The notes beneath the pieces are model-generated. The model was not told the origin of the DNA, did no database searches, and saw only the letters and a program-made list of their open reading frames with translations. A DNA stretch of 64,000 nt, from the NCBI RefSeq assembly GCF_964204645.1, contig NC_134031.1, forward strand, positions 5,456,001 through 5,520,000, given 5' to 3'. Below, piece after piece: positions 14,201 through 26,200 of the stretch; position 1 is the first letter of the stretch; every line of letters begins with the position of its first letter. The stretch is from Tubulanus polymorphus. Its lineage: Eukaryota > Animalia > Nemertea. A program made the position numbers and the translations under genes.

Positions 14201-17200
14201 AATGTACATACACCCCCGTTCATTATTAATTCATACGTAGACGTTTCGAATGTCACTTACGCGCGTAATTTCATCACTTCAAGAATATCCTATGTCTACT
14301 ACGCATAATTCATTATTTAACGCGTTACCAGAGTTTAACATCAGCGCCGAACCATTAACTGTCAGAGAATAGGTTGTGAAGGGTATACGTACACTTAAGT
14401 ATGCCACAGGGTATAGTATTTCAGCATTCTACTACAGCCCAGCTACTTAGGAATTCCTTTTTCTTGTAGAGAAATTATGTAGATGAAGTTTATCAATATT
14501 TCACAAGAAGCTCAGCCAGAAGAATTGCTTTTCGAGCTCGGTGGTTCAGCAACAGCATGCGTTCTTAATTATCGCTCGGGTACTGAGTAACTCTGCTATA
14601 GTCACGATCACACGGAGACGATTTCGTCCGAGCCAAATTAGCACGGATCAGACCCATGCCTAATTAGAGAGCCTGTTCATGTGCAAAGGATTCTCTCAAT
14701 ACTAAACAATGCAGTGACTAAGTAAGGCTAGTCCCATACAGAACCAGTTGCAATTCACACGCAATAATTTGACCTGAGCTAAAATCTGGCTCGGACCAAA
14801 CCGACATGGACCCATTTGGCACCGGTGTGAACAGTTGTTCCAGGCCTAATTTGGCACGGGCCAAAAATGCTTGTGTGATCGTGGCTTACAGCTCTGCGTT
14901 AAGGCGGGACATAGCAGAAAATCAGTGATCCTTTGGGCTCAAAATGTACGCATCAGTGTGCTACTGGAGAATTACTCACCGGCTCAATGAGGGACTAGTA
15001 TAAGGGGTATCAGTAAACACAGTATCAGTATATAACAGGGTTCATCGACCGAGGACTTCTTCATTCAGCTCACCATTTGCTAACCTCTAGATTTTCAGTT
15101 GGCCCCCCCCCAAAAATCCTTCCCGAATGAAATTTGGTACCATCCGAGGACGTCTAAAAGCTCCTCAATTATGTTTCTTTCGTTGAAACAAGCACAAATC
15201 CTTGTTAATGGCACTACCTACAAAAGCTTATTTTTCAAAATTTTCCTTGAGAAGGGCAACCAGACCCCTTTTCACTACTCATGGATAGTGCCTCTTTTTA
15301 TAATCATCGCCTGTTTCATCGGGTGCTACCCCTCAATATAAGCCGTGGATCTGCCCCTGCCGAAGGTACGTTGTGTACGTTAGTATTCCTATATCTCAAA
15401 TCAGACGGAGTCGATACGGCACTTAATACGTAAAGCCATGAATCCAGTTTCATGAATACATTAACGTGTCAACCGTCATGAGAACTACTGCATAACCAAT
15501 TCGAATTACTGAACGTCTTCACGAAATAGTGAAAAATTTTTCATTGAGAGGAGCAGTACGTTCGGCGAATACTAATGTTCTGCGAATGGGAGCGGTGGCA
15601 ACTTCTGAATCGCGTCGAGTGCTTCATCAACTTTCAAATCATAAATGACGACGAAACTGGATAAAAAGGCAAGTAGCTCAGTTGCAGCTTAACCCTTTCA
15701 GTGCTGACTAATCAATACCCGAAAGTGTTGGAGATAATTTGAAAAATTTCATCCCAGTGCGTTGAACAAAGAAGTACCACGTCTACACCACAGTGCAGTG
15801 TATTGCTAGTTATTATTATGTCATTTACCATCTTTCAATAGAAATCAAAAGCTAATTACTAATAACATCATTGCACTGCAATGTGGCGTACCAGCAAAGT
15901 TCATCATCTATTCATACACCGCACTGCGGTGTAGCCGCCTTGAAAGGGTTAATGCATGGGAAGGATAAGAACAGACTCTGGTTCCGCATATAAATGGCTC
16001 ACGACTTGAGCATCGCCGTTAATCAGAGTTCCGTTCTCGACGTCTAGACCTTGAATCTTGCGGAAATCAAGCGTGTAATTGCTGAAGACGTCGACGAAAA
16101 TGAATTAGAGCAATTGCGGAAAAGATAAGGGATGTCCGGCTCGAGTGAACAGTACTTCAACTACTGTCGCAGCTCCTCCAGGTAACTACGGTACTCTCCG
16201 TACTGATCATCGTTAAGAGTCATCAGCGCCGACACAACAACGCAATCATGAGTAGTTTGACTGTGATTTCTACAATATGATTCATTCGTGACATTAACCT
16301 CTTGTCTATCGACAGAAATTTTCTGTAAAAAACCCTTCAATGATTGAAAATTTCGTAGCAATCAATTGAGACCTGGGATGCTGGACCTGGTTCCGCAGTT
16401 CTCTTTAAGATTTGACGTCAAAGTGATAACATTTGAAACTAACTAATTAACTCCTGGAGCGGTATGGGAGAGTTGTTAGAGCGTTCGACTGTGGGAAATC
16501 AGGTCATGGGTTATAACCCTGTACATTACCGTCGTGTCCCCGAGCAAGACACTTATCGTCATTGCTTCCATCCAGGAGTAAATGGGTACCTGGCCTGATA
16601 TGACTCATGAGCGCCTAGTAGCTGCTCGGATTTACTTCTCCCCAGGGAAGGGGGCAAAAGTAACTAGGTCCTGGTGTCTGTATATGACCATATCAAGCTT
16701 AGTTCTGATACGCTGAAGCACTGCCTAGTGTCACGACGTATCACAATGCCACGTAGAAGCGCTTTATTCTAGTATGTGATTAGATGTATTGAGTTGCCCC
16801 CCCCCCCTGGTATTTGTGTAACATAAGTCATATCTAAACATCCTAATGATCGATGGCTTAGATTTGTGTCATTGCATTAAGAGGTGTCGAAGGATAATGT
16901 AGATGTCTACGAAAAACATACCTTGTCTTCGTCGACCGTTTTATTAAGGTAATATTCTCTACTGGGCAGACCGATTCCACTCTGATCTACCTACAAAAGA
17001 TAAAATGCTGAAATGAAATCATCAGTCACATGTTGATATCTTTATGAAAGATTTTAGTCAGGCATCACTGACCGAACTGTAAAGATTATTTTGACATAGC
17101 AACATGTTAGGGATTGCATACAATATCGGAAATACATTCACAAATATGTTTTTCTATACGTTTTACACTTAGGTCTAATGGATGGATGGATGAATGCCAC

Positions 17201-20200
17201 AGAGGCTGGATGAGCATCAGAATGCATAAGCAAATTCCACTTAGTCAAATGATGGTGTACACGACATCACGTTCGCCGGTTGTACACGCATGTCTAAAGG
17301 ATACTATAGAGGCTGGATGCACATCAGAACGCATAGCCCCATGCCTGCAACCATGGAGGCAGACGAAAAGGTTGTAAATGGTGCCTTACACTAATTTCAC
17401 TCCGTCTAATTCCACTTAGTCAAATGATGGTGTACAACCTTATCAAAGGACAATAGTTGAGCGAGGAACTAATATATTCTTGTGCCCTAGTGCTCAGTCG
17501 TGCACTATGTTAGTGGTTATCTGCATATATATTGAGCAAATCACTCGTATTTTATTAGGTACTTGCCTCCAAGGACTGAAACGTTATCGATTGTAGACCA
17601 TTTCATTCCAATCCAGTGGGTGGGGGTAGAGGGGGGGACCATACAGCATCATTTGACAGAGAGGATATTTCACAGATATGGATGTCTTAACCCTTTCGGT
17701 GCTGACTTAATAATACCCTATAGTGCTGAAGATAATTTGAAAATTTTGAAAAATTCCACTGTAGTGTGTTGAATAACGGGAATACCACTATAGTGCGTCA
17801 ACGGGAATACCACTATAGTGCGTCTACAACGCGGCGCGGTGTATCGTTAATTACTAATATTTCACTATGTTTGCACAGATGCTGCCATTTTTCAAGAGAG
17901 ATAATTACTAATTATAATTACATCAATACACCGCAGTGCAGTGTACTAGCAAAATTCATCACCGATTTATACACCGCAGTGCGGTGTAGACGCACTGAAA
18001 GGGTTAATACATGCAAAACCTATTGATTTTCAAATACGGCTATCCGTTCTACTTGTAACGTACCTGTATAATGTTCCTCGATGTATTTTTCTCATCGCGG
18101 CCGACCCACGTCACGAACAACACGCCTAAATCCAACATGTGAACTTTCTCGAGCGTTCGCTGAAAATCCCAGCCGTTCGAGTCCCACACGCCCGACGAGT
18201 TGCTGATCGTCCAACCACCGAAATCTCGTAACAGGTCCAACAACGGTTTTATGCCGAGTTTGTCGATCGTTCCGTTCTTGTCGAGACACGACTGGTAGTA
18301 GAGTTTAGCTTTCGTCTCCGCTTCGCTTTTAGACGATTTCAAAGGCATTTCTGAATAACGAATAATGAAAGATTTGATTAAACTGCATAAGCGGGAGGTA
18401 GGCATACATATGGGGCGCCGCTTGGGACATTATCAAACTATACGCTGATATGTTAAAACCTGATACGCTGATTTCATATCTCAATGCTGATTTAATCTTA
18501 AACCACTGTCGAGATTTTTCTGAATTCGCTGTTGAGAATTTTTCTAAATTCACGCGTGAGATTTTTCTTAATTTGCTGTGGAGAATCAAGATAATGTCCC
18601 ACACAGCGCTCCATACATACAGTCATATGAACGACGATAAAAGAAGGTTGAGCTGCGATTGAGTTCGGATTTGAATATATCGATAATTGAAATGAATTGC
18701 GTGGCAACCAGTCAAGCCCCGATATATGATGACATCCTCTGTTTCAGTTTCAGTTTCATTTATTTGAAAAAAATGAGAATAATTATTTCTCTCAAAAATA
18801 ATTATCAAAATTTTATCAAAACTAAATGAAGAGTTATGAAATATAGTTAATAACAATAAACGCAAATATTCACAATTGTAATTGTTATTTTGAAACGCCA
18901 ATATTGATGACATAGTGCACACAGAACCCCTTATATAACGCATCATAGTTATCAACGTATATAAACATTAATGTAACGGTTTTTACAGTGTAAAAAAAAA
19001 AAACCAGACGCCAATGAAAAAATGTTTCTTATTGATGACGCGTATGTTTTATAGCGGCGACTAACTGCGCGTGTATCATACCTCCTCCTCCGGGGTGAAT
19101 ATTCAGTCGGCGTATCAATCCGTATTGATTTCAATGGGGACAGATTACCGAAATTAGTTTTTCTCTCATCTCATCTACAGAAATTGGCTGTCAGCTATTA
19201 ATTTCTGTCTTTATTACTCCGCGTCAATCGCGGCGCTTTCGAAGATGCTTTCGAACTAAGAAAAAAAAAAACCCGACGTATTCCCGCGGGGCGAGAAGCG
19301 TTCGCGACTTCAACGGTAGTAATTACCCGACCAATTGAAATGAAATTTTTCGATTCGCGGCGAAAGCGAACGGCTTTCCGAAAACGTTAGACCGGTTCGT
19401 GGCCGAGATACGACGTTATATCGCGCGATGTTAATATTCCGCTCGAATGCACACGCGTACATAGAGCTGTCTGAAAATATAACGATTATAAAGATTTGAA
19501 ATGAATGTCATTTCGTCTGTCGATTTTTTTCCCCTAGAGATATATACGTATCGGTAAGCTAGATAACTCCATAAAGCTCCTAGTATCCGCTCTCTTGTTT
19601 CGAGGTTTAGAAATATCTTCTAATAGTTATTGAAATAATATTTTCATATGAAATTAATTGTAAACAATTTATCATTAACCTATTGCTTCTCACCATGAAT
19701 TTATCATTATCAATATTATTATTCCTTTCATCATTATTATCATTACTATCACTTTTACTATTATCATCATTATTATTACTATCAATATCATATCTTTTTC
19801 AAAATTTAGTGTCACTCTATGATATTATCATTACTAGTTACTATTTCTGTTTCTATTGCAGCACCTATAATGCACTGCGCACAGGGTTTTGGTGCTTTGA
19901 TTCTAAGTACAGCCTATACTGGCTAGTTCGTTATCATCCCTTGTAACCATGTTAAACATCATGTTAAGTAATACCGATTATTCATTATATTGAATGTATT
20001 GTTTCATGACTTAAGGTCTACGTATAAGGACCATTAATGGCACTTTCTTGGAGAATGTAAAATCGCATTTGCCAGCTATTAGCGTTTTCATGAACCTCTT
20101 GACTGATTAATACACTGATAGACAAATGACTCGAGATGGAATTCGATCGCATACGAAAGGTACTCCTAGTCATAATTTCAGTTACGATCGCAGCGAGAAT

Positions 20201-23200
20201 GACCTATCCCAGTTACTGATTGTGTTATCAAATTCTAGTTACTGATTGGGTAATAAAAATCCAAAATCTACGTAATGGGCACGACGGATGTGGGCAGTTT
20301 GAGTTGTAGGCAGGTGGATGCAGGCAGCTCGAGGGCTAATAGGTTAATCAGGGAACGCGGACCCTTTTGCGGAACTTAACGCCGATTATCAAACAGTTCG
20401 TTGCTCCGTAGAAAAACCCGACGACACGACATATTTTCACGCTGTATTCCTCGAAACAATCTAATATTCAGCTTCCAGGCGCTAAACAAATATCATTACC
20501 TAATACATTTTTCATGACTAGTTGATTTTTCTTCCACTGTTCGCCGAATGTTCCCCATCTGGAATGTCCCTCGGGTATCGGATGCGTTTTGATCCAGCCG
20601 CCGCAGGCGTACGTGTAGAAATCGTCGCACGGATTTACGCCGCGATCCATCGCGTTGATGATTCGGCTCGCCACCGTTATGCAAGTCGGGCTCACGCAAT
20701 AATCTACAAAATATAAAAAATGGGTAAAGATTTACGCCTATGATTTCTGTCTGAAAATCTGAAAAGTGCCATTAACCCTTTCAGTGCTTCTACACTGCAA
20801 TGCGGTGTATAAATCTGTGATGTACTTTTGCTAGTACACCGCATGACGGTGTATTGATGCTAATAGTAATTAGTTTTTATCTCTATTTTATTGAAAAATA
20901 GCAGCACTTATCAAACATAGTGAAATATTAATAACAATACACCGCACCATGGTGAAGATGAACTATGATATGATGATATGATAGCGGTATGCCTGTTATT
21001 AAACACACTGGTGTGGAATTTTTTAAAATTTTCAAATCTCCAGCACCTTGGGGTATTGATTAGTCAGCATTGAAAGGGTTAAACCAGAATCACGGAGAGA
21101 TTTCCATTGGCAATTTTCATCAAAAATTCATGCACGAGTTGTTTAAGGAAACGATCACGTTCGAATTTGAATTCAATATTTCATCGAATTCTCTCAAAGA
21201 ACTGTTAACACCGGGAATGCTTTTTCATATCATGCCATTTACAATCAATTTCAGTTCAAATTGAATCGTCTATTTTCCTTGAAAGGATTATCGGTATCAC
21301 GAAGACCGATCAGGAGGGCTTTTTTTAAAGAATTCATGTGTTCTCAGTTCTCAAGCCACAAACACATGAGCATTTTTGGTCTGAAAAGGTTCACAGGTGC
21401 CAAATGGGCCTGTGTCGGACCAGGCCAGAGCCAAATTTTAGCTTGGGTCAAATTATTGGGCATTAATTGTAACTGGTTCCGGAAGTGACTCTGTTTAAGT
21501 ACTTTTCAGTGTCGATTGAATGATTTGAGTATTCTAACTAGAAAAATTTGATTGAAAATTCGAAAATTCGTTATAAATTTGGGCAGAAAACAGCGATGGC
21601 AGATAATCAAGGGTCAACAAAGCCAAACCATGAAAATAACTGACAAATTTTTGCAACAATCGTCCTAAGTTTCTCGTAGATTATTTTCTCCAGTCACATG
21701 GGACGGGGGGTCCCGGCGCTACTAATATCATCTCGACGAACACATTTCAGCCGAGATACTCGACCCGTCGCGTATAATCTCCCTAATATATTATTTGATT
21801 AACTGTAACCAATCTGACAGAACTGATGCCGTTTCCATGACGATCTTATAACAGTTAGAAGAAGAAACAGGTCCGACTGACAAACGGAAGATTTTAAGGC
21901 TTCCGACGTTCTGTTCTTTACCCGGAAAATTGAATCTACACCGATACTCCGAACGCGTGAATAACGAAAGCTATTATTAGCGATAAAAAAATGAAATAAT
22001 ACCTATAACATGTTTGTTCTTTGTGAAGCATTACGTATAAAGCCATCACGACAATAAGTGCCTGGTTAGCTTAGAACTGGCCCAGAGATCACACGGAGAC
22101 GATTTGGCCCGGGTCAGACAGGAGTCGAATTTAGCCCGTGCCTAATTAGAGAGCGCGTTCACACGTTAACTACTCACTCGATACTAAACGATGCTTAAAT
22201 AAAGCTAAGTGAGTCCCTTCCGTAACAAGTAAGCATTCCCAAGCAATGACCCGTGCTGCTAAAATTTTGAACGGGCCTGGTGTGACGTTTACGGTCAACC
22301 CAAGTTTGGCCTGGGTTGAACAGGCACAGGACCATTTGACACCCGTGTGAACAGTGGGCTCAGGCCTCATCCGGCTCCAAATTTTGCCTGGGCAAAAAAA
22401 CTGTCGTGTGAACGAGGCTCTCATATCATATCTTAACTCTTTTGCCAACCATGTCCATAAACACACGCAGAATGAAGAAATATTTGCGGGATACCACATT
22501 ATCCTGGTTATGAGTGTAATCAACAATACAGATGAAGGCATTACCGCGATCATAACTAGTGATATTTCGTCAACCAGCTTTTATAGATTCATGGTTTTAG
22601 CATGCTTCAGCTCATTATTATGACTTTTTATAGTAACTGGGGCTCGGAGAAGACGGTCATAATTCTTAAGTTCGTAGGAGGAATCAAATTGAGCCGTCGG
22701 GGTTATGCATTTATCATGTACGCATTAGGGGAGGGGAGGGCTCAGTGCAATTGCGTACTGTAATGCTTAACATATATGAACAAATGGCAGATTTTGCGTA
22801 CAGGGCAGAGGGAGTTGAAAAATTGAAATTTAATGCGTACACAGCAAATGAATGATCCCTTGCGGAGACTGGTAATCCCGGCCACACACGGCAAAACATT
22901 TGTTTCACCAAAACAGAAAACAAGATTTTCCTAAAACATTTTTATTAAAAATTTTACCCTCAAAACGATAAAGCGTTCAACGCACAGAAAACATTTCTTG
23001 AACCATGGAATCAATGGAGACAACAATGCACTCAGTTACTCACATCAATTTGTGTACATGTCATGTTTGATGTATGGGATTGTTGCTCGCTGATTGGTTA
23101 TTCAGTTGTGGATGTTTTGCATAACACAAAAAAATCTATCACACATAGGATGAAAAACCCAATCGGTTTTTTGAATCCCCAGACAAACTTATGTTATAAC

Positions 23201-26200
23201 GTTATAACCTGTTGTTTTTGTATTATAAATGATCATAAGTTTGTCAAATAAATGAAAATGAAAAACGTTTTTGACTACACAAATCAAGCAATGCTTGTTT
23301 TAGTAAAAAACGTTTTTCTGTTTGGCGTTTTGTGTTTTGACTTTAACGCGCACACGGCATAACAAGATAGATCGAAAACGTCTTTTTTCAAGAGGATCAA
23401 ACAAAACATCTTTTCCTTGCCGTGTGCGTTGGGCTTATTCGACACGGGAACCCATCATTTCTCATTGAGACCATCATTTCTCATTGAGAGGCTCGGAGAA
23501 TAAAAACGGTCTTAATTCTTAAGTTTGTCAGAGGAATCATATAGAGCTTTTCTAACGCGATTGTGGAAACTGGTAATCGCTGGGCAAACTTCATTGCTCA
23601 CTGAGAGCGGTTACAATCAGCGGTTCCGATACACGCGGAGGTCGACATCAATCCATCAATATCCGATGGAAGCGAGTTTGACATTTATGAATGATATCGC
23701 ATATGGACGACACGGGTCATTAATTCGGCGTAGAATTATCAACGCAGACACATCGGCTGCGATACCCGATCTGCTCTTGAAAGGTTGAGTAATTGAGAAC
23801 GAAGCTTTATCGCGCCCGATGATATTATTATTGTGCGTCAGCTTTATCGCGCCCGATGATATTATTATTATCATTATCGTGCGTCGTCTCCCCGGGTCTT
23901 ACGAACGATATCGCGTTCATTCCTATTCAAAACGTCGATAGTCGCAGAACTAGAAACAAACTTTGTTATTATACGGATTTGTCGACGGAACGCGAACCAG
24001 TGAAATCGGTTCCACCGTGGACTTAAACTCTTTTTCCCTGGAGTCAGGCCCACGCTATAGCTGTGATCACAAGAAAGCTGCTTGGCCCGGGTCAAAATTA
24101 CCTGGACCAGGCCAAAGCCGTATTTGGCCATTGCCTAAAACAGTGTTACTCATATACGACAAGCTGTAAAAGCACTGGCCAAGTGGACTAGTTCTATTAG
24201 TTTACTGGTTAGCACATTTGCTTTGCGCGACCGAGACCTAGGTTCGATCCTGGTGAGTGCGCGTAATTTCACTTCTCTTAGTCGTTACAACAACACATTC
24301 ACATGTTACTAAAATACTATCAACACGATGCTTTGGCATTCACACGGAATAGAATGATTTGACCCGTCCTAAAATCTGAAATATTCTAGTTTGATGGGTT
24401 TTTTCTTGCCTGTGTCAACCAGGCATGGACCCACTTGGCACCAGTACGCACAATTGACCTGGTCAAAAGCCCTAGTGTGATTGCGACTTCTATCTCGTTC
24501 GATTCAGTACATCCTGTTCAGCAGTTATGAGTCTAATTCAACTCTGAACCCAATTCCACAGTTATGGTTTACGAGATGTTAGAACCAAGCTAATCTCAGG
24601 TTGCGATCACACGAAGACAATTTGACCTAGTCCAACGTTTTTGGTCGGGCCAACAATGCTCATGTGATCGCGGCTTTGATCTGGTTTCGCAGTCGAGAGG
24701 TTATACGGATAGACAGAGCTAGGGTAACATTTCGTCGGCCAGGTTTCATCGAGATCGACCCACTAGAAAAGAAGCCGAGTAGCTGAAAGACAAACAGTAC
24801 GAGAATAAGGTTCCTACAAAAGCCCGAGAACCAAAAACAAAAACTAATGCATGGTAAAGTTATTTATATTTAAGTTATATATGATCTGAGCCCTTGGTTT
24901 AGCCAGCAGCTTTGATCTTTTCGCGATTAGTACATTTAAATAATAATTCCTCTAGCTATATGAAAACATGAATGCGTTTTGAATACAATCATATCTAAAC
25001 CTGGTGTTCGTCATTTTTACAACTCTAGGAGCCGAGTCTCGAGTAACGCGATTGATCGCTCTCCCGGGAAGAACCGGTCTTCAATTAACTGCCAATAATT
25101 TCATTAATGATCGTCACGGCGGCGTTTCTGTCGACGAGGCGACCGACCACGGCGGTAATTAGTGTGATCTAGCGGCAGTATTGGATGGTAGTGATTCCGC
25201 TGGGTAGCACGGGATGTCGGACAGAGACGTCGCAGACGACAGTATAGATAATGGCGAACACGACCCGAACATGATACAGACTTCCCGAGAGGTCGACTGA
25301 TTCACATCGGTTCAAATCACAGGCAACATGGTTTCAGCTATACAATACCATACACGGCTATCCATGCATGATTTTTACATTTACAAGACGACAACAGTTC
25401 TCGGGCTGAGGCTGGAATTCCGAAATTAGCATGTGTTAGTTCCCATTGCATTTTCGATGCGTTGTATCGTGGGCCATTTGCTAAATTTTGTCCAGAAAAC
25501 TTTTTGAATTTCAACCCCGATAATGAGATCATATCTTCGAGGTCGTGTCACTGAAAAACAGTTTTTAATGCCTATTTCTGTTTCTAGGTGGCACACTGGG
25601 CCCATTCTTTGCCAGATCAAAAATTGATTTAAAATAACAAATTAGGAGGTATTGGCTAAGATAAGCAGTGGCAGATACCGAGGGCGGTAGGGTTCAGGAG
25701 TTCACACTATGACTAGTTAGTACGTCCTAATTTGGCCTGCATCTGGAACAGACCAATTTAGAAACGACCAAATCAGTTCCGTACATTAACACAATGTTAA
25801 AGTGACATTTAGATTAACTATGATCACTAGTCCAGCTAGACACGACACTGTGATTGACAGGCAATTATAGCAGTTTCAATTCACCTCCATAATAAGTATT
25901 TCATCTATTTACCTATACTTCATGTCATAGTCTACCGTCGAAGTGTACCCTCAAATCATGTAGTGACCGCTAACTGACACAAGGGGGCGATACTATACGG
26001 ATAGTATATTTGCGGTATTTTTCCTGCTATGGCCGCCCATATCCACCTACGGGCCAAATTAGAACCGACTAAATAGCGATTTCTATAGCCAGAATCATGG
26101 TTCAGTGGTTCAGTCCATCAGGTGGACAGCCACGTTTCTGCCAACAAGCGTTGATCATTATCTCGTCAGAGATCATTCGAGTTATGTTATAAATTACTAA

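Noticed and set aside
16081-16230. CTGAAGA / CTGATGA hammerhead seeds (also 36576 and 63039)
   Set aside because: No properly spaced stem II plus GAAA and cleavage triplet
19683-19946. Hydrophobic Leu/Ser-rich ORF resembling a signal peptide
   Set aside because: Degenerate (ATT/ATC)n low-complexity sequence
24191-24260. Functional tRNA gene
   Set aside because: Acceptor and anticodon stems do not pair; treated as a SINE or pseudogene
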